This document shows, one piece after another, positions 28,839 to 37,452 of a DNA stretch of 64,000 bases. A model generated the notes under the pieces. It was given only the letters and a program-made list of their open reading frames with translations, searched no databases and was not told the DNA's origin. Made by a program: the position numbers and the translations under genes. The number at the start of each line of letters is the position of its first letter. Position 1 is the first letter of the stretch. The stretch lies in assembly GCA_965261735.1 (NCBI GenBank), contig OZ253470.1, positions 1,376,001-1,440,000 on the forward strand. The letters are read 5' to 3'. The DNA comes from Alphaproteobacteria bacterium (GTDB lineage: Bacteria; Pseudomonadota; Alphaproteobacteria; SHVV01).

Positions 28839-29402
28839 TTACCGCGAGGTCAGGGGCGCGGACGGCTTCGCGCCGCGCGGCAACCTCGAAGGCGCCGGCG
28901 ACCTCGGCCCGCACGGCCTTTGACGCGCGCCGCGCGCCGCGAGCAGGCGCCCCATGAAATCGAACGCCGCGCCATAGATCCCCGGGTCCGAGCTCTCGCG
29001 CGGGCCGGCGACGTTGAGAGCCCGCACATGGTGGACCCGCAGCCACAGCAGACACGCGGCGAGGCTGCGTCCGCTTCCCGGATCGGCGATCCGGCAGGGG
29101 CGGCCTAGGCGCCGCGCCAGGCGAACGGTATCGAGCGTCCCGCGGTCGGCGCGACCGCGCCGCAGCAACACGAGCGTGGCTTCCGAATCGCGGACGTTCC
29201 ACCGGGTGCGCTGGTGGGTCAGCGCGGACGGCGTCGCGCGCAGGGGGTAGCGCGGCGCGATCGGCCCATCCTCGGCCCAACGGCCGCGCGGGCACCAGCC
29301 GCCACAATCGAGGCCGTGCGCGAGGGCGGCATCGAGCGCGGCGCGGTCGACGCCGGTTTGGCCGCCCGAGACGATGCCCGCGATGGGGCCGCGATGCGCC
29401 AC
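28839..29402 (-). CDS. putative molybdenum carrier / circularly permuted YpsA (SLOG) family protein
   Basis: IVSGGQTGVDRAALD, GGWCPRGR.AEDG, RTRWNVRDS, LNVAGPRES. Confidence 0.85.
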   Translation of the reverse strand: MAHRGPIAGIVSGGQTGVDRAALDAALAHGLDCGGWCPRGRWAEDGPIAPRYPLRATPSALTHQRTRWNVRDSEATLVLLRRGRADRGTLDTVRLARRLGRPCRIADPGSGRSLAACLLWLRVHHVRALNVAGPRESSDPGIYGAAFDFMGRLLAARGARQRPCGPRSPAPSRLPRGAKPSAPLTSR

Positions 29403-29414
29403 CGAGCGCGTGCG

Positions 29415-29693
29415 CTAGACCTTGCTCAGCGCCGCATCCATCTCGGCCTCGGCGAACGCCGGCATGGTGCGAATCTTGCCGTAACCCTGCTTGGCGTACC
29501 ACACCGAGAAGGTGAGGATCGACAGCGGGTCGGGCGCCTCGACGACGTCGACGAAGTCGAACTCGCCCTGCGTGTAGTAGACCGCCTCGATGGTGATGCC
29601 GAGGTCGCCGAGCTTCGCCTTGGCGCTCTTCAGCCGCTCCTGCGAGCGCTCGATCCAGTCGCGCTCGAGCTGCCCGAGTAGTACATATTTCAT
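29415..29693 (-). CDS. GYD domain-containing protein
   Basis: 92 aa, YYTQGEFDFVDVVEAP, RTMPAF; GGAGG RBS. Confidence 0.8.
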   Translation of the reverse strand: MKYVLLGQLERDWIERSQERLKSAKAKLGDLGITIEAVYYTQGEFDFVDVVEAPDPLSILTFSVWYAKQGYGKIRTMPAFAEAEMDAALSKV

Positions 29694-29810
29694 GATCGTT
29701 CCTCCCACGCCGGTTTCTCTGGCGGCGATCCTAGCCGCTCGCGGCGCGGTGACAAAGCGCGCCGGTGGCGCAGCGTTCCGCCGCGCCGCGAAGTGGGCCA
29801 TAGTGCGGCG

Positions 29811-30537
29811 ATGATCGTGCTGTTCATCGATTTCGGCGCCGGCGGGCCCTATGTCGGACAGATGAAGGCAGTGCTCCATCGGTTGGCGCCCGGGGTCGAT
29901 ATCATCGAACTGCTTGCCGATGCGCCGGCGTACGACGTCGAGGCCGCCGCCTACCTCCTGGCCGCCTACGCCGCGGGCTTCCCGCCCGCCACGGTATTCC
30001 TCTGCGTCGTCGACCCCGGTGTCGGTACAGCGCGCCGGGCGGCCGCGATCGAGGCCGACGGGCGCTGGTACGTGGCCCCGGACAATGGCCTGCTCAACGT
30101 GGTCGCGACCCGGGCCGGGCGCTTGTACTGGTGGGACATCACCTGGCGCCCGCAGCGCCTGTCGGCGAGCTTCCACCGCCGCGACTTGTTCGCGCCGGTC
30201 GCCGCCCGGCTCGCCCAGGGCGGCGCGGTGCCGAGCGAGCGCGCAGATACCACCGAGCGCCTCCGGCCCGGCTGGCCCGACGATCTCGCCCGCATCGTCT
30301 ACGTCAGATCATTTCGGCAACGCTATCACCGGCATGCGCGCCTCGGAGCTCGACGACGACCGCGTCATCGCGGCGGCGGGGCGGCGCCTGGGCCGCGCCC
30401 GCACCTTCGCCGACACGCCCCAGGGCGAGGCCTTCTGGTACGAGAACGCAAACGGCCTCGCCGAGATCGCCGTCAACGGCGGCCGCGCCGCCGACGTCCT
30501 CGGCCTTTCCGTGGGGACGGCGGTGCGCGTGATCTAG
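29811..30537 (+). pseudogene. DUF62 / SAM hydroxide adenosyltransferase (chlorinase/fluorinase-like), frameshifted
   Basis: DFG..YVGQMK, VVDPGVG and APDNGL motifs. An extra A at 30306 breaks YV-DHFGN, and the conserved FHGRD reads FHRRD. Confidence 0.88.
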
Positions 30538-31258
30538 GGCATGATGGTGAAACCGAGCCGGCGGCCGGCCTGGCGGGGCCATTCGCGCACTTTCTGGTTG
30601 CAGTGTTCGCTGCTAACATCCGGCCATGGCGCGCACTCGAATCATAGCCGTTCTAGCCTGGGCGCTCTGCGTATGCGCCGGCGTCCTGTCCGCCTCGGCT
30701 GCCGCCGAGCGCTACCCGGTGTGGTGGGCGCCGGAGATCGGGATTGCGAGCCTCGACGAGATCGACGCGCTGCTGGCGAAGCCGTTACCCGAGGAGTTCC
30801 GCCACAGGCTCTACAAGTTCGACTATGGCCGCGGCAAGTGGGAGTCGCCCATCGTCGACCGGCAGCCGATCGAGGACTGCGTATCGCTATTCGAATGGCT
30901 TGCGGCCGGCTACAAGTGGGGCGCCGAGGACCGCGACTATGATGGTTATCACAGGGCGTATCCCTACTGCTACACGCTGCGCGCGATAGACCGGGCCAAG
31001 CCGGCGAAAGAAAGCTACGTGCGCAACTTCGTCATGGACGCGAATGCCCTAGCAGGCTGCTGAAAAAGTCCTCGCCTTTGCAGTTGTGACATGATTCTGT
31101 GATTCCTTCGAGTGATGGAGGATGGCATGCGGGGTCGAGATCAAAGCAGTGGCAATTTATTCAGCTACGTAGACTTGGAAGAGCGTGTTCCGGATGATCA
31201 TCCGCTGCGTCTGATCCGTGAGATCGTGAACGACGTATTGGGCTCTCTATCTTCGGAG

Positions 31259-32591
31259 CTTGCCTATCCGGTTAACGCCCATGACCGCTACATGTAGGGT
31301 GCCGCCACTCTCCCGAGTAAAGCTCGGCATAGGTTGGAGCAGAGGTGTCACCCGCGATGCCGAGCAATGAGCGGAAGGCGTTGAACGGGTAGAACCGCCT
31401 GTTGAAGCGGAAGGTGAACTCGTTGAGGTAGGCTTGTAGGTGCTGGTGGCTAACGCCGTGGTGGATACCGATCAGCCACGTCTTCAGGTTGGCGAAAACC
31501 AGATGGATGATCGGCAGGTATTGCTCGGCAACCTCTGGATCAGCACACTCGGCAACAGCGAAGTGCTCATAGCCGCGCTTCCCGAGGCCAGCATAGCCGC
31601 TCCAATCGTCAGTAACGATCAGCGATCGCGGCGCGACGGTGCTCTCGACGAACCCACAGACCGACTCGGCGCTACGGTCGAGCACGACGGCGAGCCGAAC
31701 GCGTCCGGCATAGCGTCCGTCCTTGCCTATCCGGTTAACGCCCATGACCGCTACATGTAGGGTGCCGCCACTCTCCCGAGTAAAGCTCGGCATAGGTTGG
31801 AGCAGAGGTGTCGCCCGCGATGCCGAGCAATGAGCGGAAGGCGTTGAACGGGTAGAACCGCCTGTTGAAGCGGAAGGTGAACTCGTTGAGGTAGGCTTGT
31901 AGGTGCTGGTGGCTAACGCCGTGGTGGATACCGATCAGCCACGTCTTCCTTTCCGGTTGTCGAGCTTGGTGCCCGGCTTTCGATGACGCACCTCGATGGC
32001 ACAGGAGACGGGGACCTTGTGGTGAACACCACGGCCTTCCCCACGCGTTCGCCCGCCAACCCAGGTTTCGTCCACCTCAACATGGTTCTTGGGCTGTCCA
32101 CCGATCCTGTCTTGGTTGGGCCGCACCATGCCCGAGCGGAGCTTGTGGAGAATTTGAAAGGCCGTCTCGTAGCGCGAAAGACCAAGTTGCCGCTGAAACT
32201 GCACGGCGGACATGCCGGGCGTCTGACTGGCGACCAGATAAGCGGCCCAGAACCAGACGTTCAGCGGAGTGTGGCTACGCTCCATCACTGTTCCCACCGT
32301 CAGCCCGGTGTTCTAGCGGCACTTGCGGCAGCGCAGGACGCCAGGGCGGTTTTCAAAGTGGAACGGCTCTCCCGCCGTGCCGCAGTGCGGGCAAGCAAAG
32401 CCGTCTCCCCAGCGGGCTTTCTCCAGGTAGGCGGCGCAGGCCGCATCATCGGGGAAAAGTCGCTGGAACTCGGGTAGCGAATGCGGGAATGGGAGATCGG
32501 CGCGGTCGAGAACATCCATGGCGCGCTCCCCTATATCCGGTTTGCGCCCATTCTAGCCCTAGTGGGTGTGGGTGTAAACCGGATAGGAAAG
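31259..32591 (-). mobile_element. IS1595-family copy A (defective)
   Basis: Ends CTTGCCTATCCGGTTAAC and CTTTCCTATCCGGTTTAC; 8-bp TSD CTTCGGAG at 31251-31258 and 32592-32599. The transposase has a TAG at 32313-32315 and an internal insertion. Confidence 0.92.
31722..31948 (-). mobile_element. 227-bp terminal fragment of the same IS1595 inserted inside copy A
   Basis: Repeats 31259-31485, starting exactly at the IR (CTTGCCTATCCGGTTAAC) and ending at ACGTCTTC. Confidence 0.88.
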
Positions 32592-33524
32592 CTTCGGAGT
32601 TCGAGACGCTTTATTCCCACATGGGTCGCCCATCGATCCCGCCGGAGAAGCTTCTTCGAGCGTTACTGTTGCAAGCGTTTTATTCGATCCGCTCGGAGCG
32701 TCAGCTGATGGAGCAGCTAAACTTCAACATGCTGTTTTGCTGGTTTGTGGGGCTTGGGCTGGACGATGGCGTGTGGGACGCCAGCGCGTTCTGCCACAAC
32801 CGGGACCGTCTTCTGGAGGCGGAGGTTTCGGGGCAGCTGCTTGCGGGGGTTATCCAGCACCACAAGGTAGGGGGACTATTGAGCCGGGATCATTTTTTCG
32901 GTAGACGGAACATTGATCGAGGCCTGGGCGTCGATGAAGAGCTTTCGTCCCAAAGGTGAGGACGATGGCGACGGGGGATCGGGGCGCAACGCCGCGCGGG
33001 ATTTTCATGGCGAGAAACGCTCGAACGCGACCCATGCAAGCACCACTGATCCGGACGCCCGGCTTTATCGCAAGGGTAATGGCCGGGAAAGCAAGCTGTG
33101 TTACATGGGCCATGCGCTGACGGAGAACCGCCATGGTCTGGCAGTCGGCGGCGGCGTGACCATTGCGTCGGGCACGGCGGAACGCGAAGCCGCCCTTGAT
33201 CTGATCGACAGGCATCGCCCGGTGGAGAGTAGAGGCGGGCGGCGTCGGATCACGGTGGGCGGGGACAAGGGTTTTGACGTCGCGGATTTTGTCGAGGAAC
33301 TGCGGCACCGCAAGGTGACCCCCCATATCGCCGTCCAGGACCACGTCACCAAGACCGGCAAGCGGCGCAAGACCAAGATAGACGGGCGCACGACGCGCCA
33401 TCCCGGTTACGGCGTCAGCCAACGTTGCCGCAAGCGCATCGAGGAGGTCTTCGGCTGGGTCAAGACGAGCGCGGGATTGAGCAAGACCAAATTCCGGGGC
33501 CGCCACCGGGTCGACGCTTCGTTC

Positions 33525-34629
33525 CTTACCTATCCGGTTTACACCCACACCCACTAGGGCTAGAATGGGCGCAACCCGGATATAGGGGAGCGCGCCATGG
33601 ATGTTCTCGACCGCGCCGATCTCCCATTCCCGCATTCGTTACCCGAGTTCCAGCGACTTTTCCCCGATGATGCGGCCTGCGCCGCCTACCTGGAGAAAGC
33701 CCGCTGGGGAGACGGCTTTGCCTGCCCGCACTGCGGCACGGCGGGAGAGCCGTTCCACTTTGAAAACCGCCCTGGCGTCCTGCGCTGCCGCAAGTGCCGC
33801 CAGAACACCGGGCTGACGGTGGGAACAGTGATGGAGCGTAGCCACACTCCGCTGAACGTCTGGTTCTGGGCCGCTTATCTGGTCGCCAGTCAGACGCCCG
33901 GCATGTCCGCCGTGCAGTTTCAGCGGCAACTTGGTCTTTCGCGCTACGAGACGGCCTTTCAAATTCTCCACAAGCTCCGCTCGGGCATGGTGCGGCCCAA
34001 CCAAGACAGGATCGGTGGACAGCCCAAGAACCATGTTGAGGTGGACGAAACCTGGGTTGGCGGGCGAACGCGTGGGGAAGGCCGTGGTGTTCACCACAAG
34101 GTTCCCGTCTCCTGTGCCATCGAGGTGCGTCATCGAAAGCCGGGCACCAAGCTCGACAACCGGAAAGACGGACGCTATGCCGGACGCGTTCGGCTCGCCG
34201 TCGTGCTCGACCGTAGCGCCGAGTCGCTCTGTGGGTTCGTCGAGAGCACCGTCGCGCCGCGATCGCTGATCGTTACTGACGATTGGAGCGGCTATGCTGG
34301 CCTCGGTAAGCGCGGCTATGAGCACTTCGCTGTTGCCGAGTGTGGTGATCCAGAGGTTGCCGAGCAATACCTGCCGATCATCCATCTGGTTTTCGCCAAC
34401 CTGAAGACGTGGCTGATCGGTATCCACCACGGCGTTAGCCACCAGCACCTACAAGCCTACCTCAACGAGTTCACCTTCCGCTTCAACAGGCGGTTCTACC
34501 CGTTCAACGCCTTCCGCTCATTGCTCGGCATCGCGGGCGACACCTCTGCTCCAACCTATGCCGAGCTTTACTCGGGAGAGTGGCGGCACCCTACATGTAG
34601 CGGTCATGGGCGTTAACCGGATAGGCAAG
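33525..34629 (+). mobile_element. IS1595-family copy B (1105 bp, intact)
   Basis: Ends CTTACCTATCCGGTTTAC and GTTAACCGGATAGGCAAG; flanks CTTCGTTC and GATCGTTC (6/8 match). Confidence 0.92.
33597..34616 (+). CDS. IS1595-family transposase
   Basis: Zn ribbon CPHC..CRKC, HTH, VEVDETWVGG, IVTDDWSGY, YLNEFTFRFNRR. Confidence 0.95.
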   Translation: MDVLDRADLPFPHSLPEFQRLFPDDAACAAYLEKARWGDGFACPHCGTAGEPFHFENRPGVLRCRKCRQNTGLTVGTVMERSHTPLNVWFWAAYLVASQTPGMSAVQFQRQLGLSRYETAFQILHKLRSGMVRPNQDRIGGQPKNHVEVDETWVGGRTRGEGRGVHHKVPVSCAIEVRHRKPGTKLDNRKDGRYAGRVRLAVVLDRSAESLCGFVESTVAPRSLIVTDDWSGYAGLGKRGYEHFAVAECGDPEVAEQYLPIIHLVFANLKTWLIGIHHGVSHQHLQAYLNEFTFRFNRRFYPFNAFRSLLGIAGDTSAPTYAELYSGEWRHPTCSGHGR

Positions 34630-34699
34630 GATCGTTCACCCTGGCCTTCGCCGCCTACAACCTCGTCCGACTACCCAGACTGCTGGCGGAGGCGCCAAC

Positions 34700-34861
34700 A
34701 TGACGGGCGATGCCGGCACGCCGCTGACCGCAAAGTGGCAGATCATCGAACTGGACGAAGCCCAGGGCATCGGATCGGTCGAGATTGAAGACGGTTTCAC
34801 CCTAAGACACGAAATCTCATTTCATTTCGGCGATGAATCCGAGTTCAAGGCCCGGCAATGA
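34700..34861 (+). pseudogene. short (53 aa) passenger ORF of the IS5 element, probably internally deleted
   Basis: The ATG overlaps the transposase stop. MTGDAGTPLTAKWQIIELDEAQG..EISFHFGDESEFKARQ resembles the two ends of the small hypothetical protein often found after these transposases (from recall). Confidence 0.45.
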
Positions 34862-35356
34862 TGACTTTTTCAGCAGCCTGCTAGACTACATACTGGCGCT
34901 GCTCGGCCCCTGGGGGTGCCGCCAGATTGGCTACCCACTGTGGGCTAATCTGAATGGGGTGCCGTGGAGCCGCTACGACTTCGGATATCCAACGCCGCCG
35001 CGCTTCGTCAAAGTCGTGGAGAACCCGAACGGATTCGTCCTCCAAGATTGGATCGAAGAGGACAACACACACTATTTGGACGACGTTTTCGAGATCGTCG
35101 GGCGCGGCGACATCAACGACGATGGCCTCGACGACATCATCGTCAGGAGCACGACCGTCTTCTACGATACATTGAGCAGCGATTCCGAGCTTTACCTGGT
35201 CTCGCGCGCCCACGCCGACGATATCCTCCGCGTCGTCGAGGTCTTGAGCCCGCTCGCCAGCGACCGCAACAACTGCGTTCCGGGAACGCTACAGCTGTGG
35301 AAGCCGCGGTAGGTTGCGGCGGCGCCAGGGCACGACAATCTGGGCGCGGCCCGCGC

Positions 35357-35530
35357 TCATAACAGGACCGGGCCCGCATCGACGGTGAGGGCGGGATTGG
35401 CCGCGCGACCCCACTGGATCACCGGTTTCAGTTCGACCCGCTTCTTGAAGTCGACCCAGCAGGGCTCTGCTTGGCGGCCTCGAGCAGCCGGACGCGCACT
35501 TTCTGGTTGCGTGGTTCGGCGCTAACATCC
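35357..35530 (-). pseudogene. orphan 3' remnant of the muramidase gene
   Basis: Encodes ..RNQKVRVRLLEAAK/EPCWVDFKKRVELKPVIQWGRAANPALTVDAGPVLL*, versus ..RNDKTREWLLEAAKQEPCWVDFKKRVQLKPVIQWGRAANPDLTIDPGPILL* in 36440-37420; 1-nt deletion near 35467. Confidence 0.9.
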
Positions 35531-35534
35531 GGCC

Positions 35535-36395
35535 ATGGCGCGCACTCGAATCATAGCCGTTCTAGCCTGGGCGCTCTGCGTATGCGCCGGCGTCCTGTCC
35601 GCCTCGGCTGCCGCCCAGCGCTACCCGGTGTGGTGGGCGCCGGAGATCGGGATCGCGAGCCTCGACGAGATCGACGCGCTGCTCGCCAAGCCGTTTGCCG
35701 AAGAGCACCGCCACTGGCTCTACAAGTTTGAGTACAGGGGAAGGTGGGAGTCGCCCTTCGTCGACCAGCAGCCGATCGACGACTGCCTGTCGTTGTTCGA
35801 GCGGCTGGCGGCCGGCTACGAGTCAGGTGTCGAAGATCGGGACGAGCTGCTGGCCTACCGCCGCACCTATCCTCGGTGCTACGCCCTGCTTGCGCTCAAG
35901 CGGGCCAAGCCGGCGAGAGTGAGCTACGTGCGCGACTTCGTCATGGACGCGAACACCCTCGATTACATGCCGGCGATGCTCGGCTACTGGTGGTGCAGTC
36001 CCCGCTCGTACCCGCAGGTCGTACGAGCGAACCGCGACGGCGTTCCGTGGAACCGCTTCGATTTTGGCTACGAATCCGGGTGGGGCTACCGGGTGGGCGT
36101 GGTGAAGAACCGCAACGTCTTCGTTCTTCAGACGTGGGCCGAGGACCACGGTCGCCGCTACGATGAAATATTCGAGATCATTGGCCGCGGGGATTTCAAC
36201 GATGACGGTCTGGACGACCTCCTCGTACGCGTGACGGTCGCCGATCATCCTCCTGAGGACGTTATTTCGGAGCTGTTCCTGCTGTCGCGGGTCCATACCG
36301 ACAGCGTACTTCGCGTTGCCGCGATCCTGAGCCCCTTGGACAACGAACGCAACCGCTGCGCGCCGGGGCCCGACGAGCTGTGGAGACGGCGATAA
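35535..36395 (+). CDS. secreted 4-Cys protein, paralog 2 (putative cognate immunity protein / lysozyme inhibitor)
   Basis: Sec signal ending ..SASAAA, four Cys conserved with paralog 1, GDFNDDGLDDLLV loop; convergent with the muramidase. The function is inferred. Confidence 0.75.
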   Translation: MARTRIIAVLAWALCVCAGVLSASAAAQRYPVWWAPEIGIASLDEIDALLAKPFAEEHRHWLYKFEYRGRWESPFVDQQPIDDCLSLFERLAAGYESGVEDRDELLAYRRTYPRCYALLALKRAKPARVSYVRDFVMDANTLDYMPAMLGYWWCSPRSYPQVVRANRDGVPWNRFDFGYESGWGYRVGVVKNRNVFVLQTWAEDHGRRYDEIFEIIGRGDFNDDGLDDLLVRVTVADHPPEDVISELFLLSRVHTDSVLRVAAILSPLDNERNRCAPGPDELWRRR

Positions 36396-36439
36396 CTTGC
36401 ATCAACGCTAACGCAAGGCAAACTCGGCGCGGCCCACAC

Positions 36440-37420
36440 TCACAGCAGGATCGGGCCCGGGTCGATGGTGAGGTCGGGGTTCGCCGCCCTGCCCCACTGG
36501 ATCACCGGTTTCAATTGCACCCGCTTCTTGAAGTCGACCCAGCAGGGCTCCTGCTTGGCCGCCTCGAGCAGCCATTCGCGGGTCTTGTCGTTCCTCTCGG
36601 CTTGAGCCTGTGTGCGATGTGACAGCGCCGCCGCCCGCTTCCAATTCCTCGTATTGACCGCCTTGCCGAATTTCCCCTCTTGATGGTCTTCCGCACCCTT
36701 GGCGCCCAGCTGGTAGGCCATGTCGAGGACCGCGAGCTTGGCTTCGTGGGGGTACGTGTCGAAAGCGCTGAATTCCTTCCGTCTCCTGACCTCTTTGATC
36801 TTTATGTCGATATCTATTAGGGCGAGTTCTATGGCCCTGTTCTCTCTGATCTCGGCCTCGGTTTCGCTGTGGGCTAGCCACGGCTTGTTTACTTCGCCCT
36901 GGTGCGTGACTCTCGCGAAATCGTCGCTTAGGACCTTGTCCGAGGCCGGCGCGCCGCCCACCTTGAGCACGAAGTAGTCGCGTAGGCGATGCGCCTCCCC
37001 GACATCGGGGAGCCAATGGCCGAAGCCGACGGTCATCTCGCCGCCCCCGTCGAGGTGCATGAAGCCGATGTAGTTGCCGCGGTAGTTTTCCACCCCTTTT
37101 AGGTGTTCCAGGAGCTCGTTCACGTAGTCCTTGTGTTCGGGCGCGGTCATGTCGCGGCTGAAGGTCTCCTGGCTGAAGTCGATGAAGGGGTGGCAGGTGT
37201 CGGATTTGACGAGGATCTCCTTGTTGCCCGCGGGCGCCACCGCCCAGCGCGCCGCGCCGAGGCGGAGTAGCTCCTCGGCGAGCACGGCTCGCGGGGTCGC
37301 GCGCGCCTTGAGCAGCGCGACCTGCTCGATGCGCTCGCAGAACTGGCGCGCCCAGGCGGGTCCGCCGAGCTTCGCCGCCTTGCACTCGATGTCCGCGCGG
37401 GTGGGATCGCCTGCCGTCAT
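36440..37420 (-). CDS. T4-lysozyme-like (GH24-related) muramidase with extra N- and C-terminal segments, no signal peptide
   Basis: E..MHLDGGGEMTVGFGH (E/D-x5-T triad), LAVLDMAYQLG, FGKAVNTRNWKRAA..SHR..ERN; GGAGAAG RBS. Confidence 0.75.
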   Translation of the reverse strand: MTAGDPTRADIECKAAKLGGPAWARQFCERIEQVALLKARATPRAVLAEELLRLGAARWAVAPAGNKEILVKSDTCHPFIDFSQETFSRDMTAPEHKDYVNELLEHLKGVENYRGNYIGFMHLDGGGEMTVGFGHWLPDVGEAHRLRDYFVLKVGGAPASDKVLSDDFARVTHQGEVNKPWLAHSETEAEIRENRAIELALIDIDIKIKEVRRRKEFSAFDTYPHEAKLAVLDMAYQLGAKGAEDHQEGKFGKAVNTRNWKRAAALSHRTQAQAERNDKTREWLLEAAKQEPCWVDFKKRVQLKPVIQWGRAANPDLTIDPGPILL

Positions 37421-37452
37421 GGTTCTTCTCCGTCAATCTTGATGCGCCACCC

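Larger units (their letters stand above)
27218..28923 (+). pseudogene. zinc-ribbon NUDIX hydrolase interrupted by IS630
   Basis: Removing the IS and one TA restores ..[36 protein letters not shown].., so the insertion is inside the Nudix box. Confidence 0.92.
31127..34703 (+). pseudogene. IS5-family transposase in three pieces plus a frameshift
   Basis: MRG..LFSYVDLEERVP.DHPLR | GRPSIPPEKLLRA..HF(S)VDGTLIEAWAS..TTDPDARLY..GDKGFD..RKRIEEVFGW | AYNLVRLP. There is an extra T in the T6 run at 32893-32898. Confidence 0.9.
31053..34880 (+). mobile_element. IS5-family element carrying nested IS1595 copies
   Basis: Perfect 18-bp IR CAGGCTGCTGAAAAAGTC; CTAG duplicated at 31049-31052 and 34881-34884. 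Confidence 0.93.
30626..35312 (+). pseudogene. secreted 4-Cys protein, paralog 1 (putative orphan immunity protein), split by an IS5-family element
   Basis: 30626-31052 joined to 34885-35312 gives a 284-aa ORF (..DANAL-DYILALLGPWGC..GRGDINDDGLDDIIV..) collinear with 35535-36395. Confidence 0.88.
30584..35695 (+). repeat. ~200-bp direct repeat pair (30584-30786 and 35493-35695)
   Basis: Near-identical sequence covering 42 nt upstream plus the first ~53 codons of the two secreted-protein paralogs. Confidence 0.93.

Noticed and set aside
31259-31948. Repeated CCTATCCGGTTAAC blocks as a possible CRISPR or DGR repeat
   Set aside because: They are IS1595 ends. There is no spacer periodicity, cas gene or reverse transcriptase.
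32885-32905. Programmed frameshift in the IS5 transposase at the T6 run
   Set aside because: The motif HFSVDGT is normally contiguous and the element is already inactivated by two insertions, so a simple indel is more likely.
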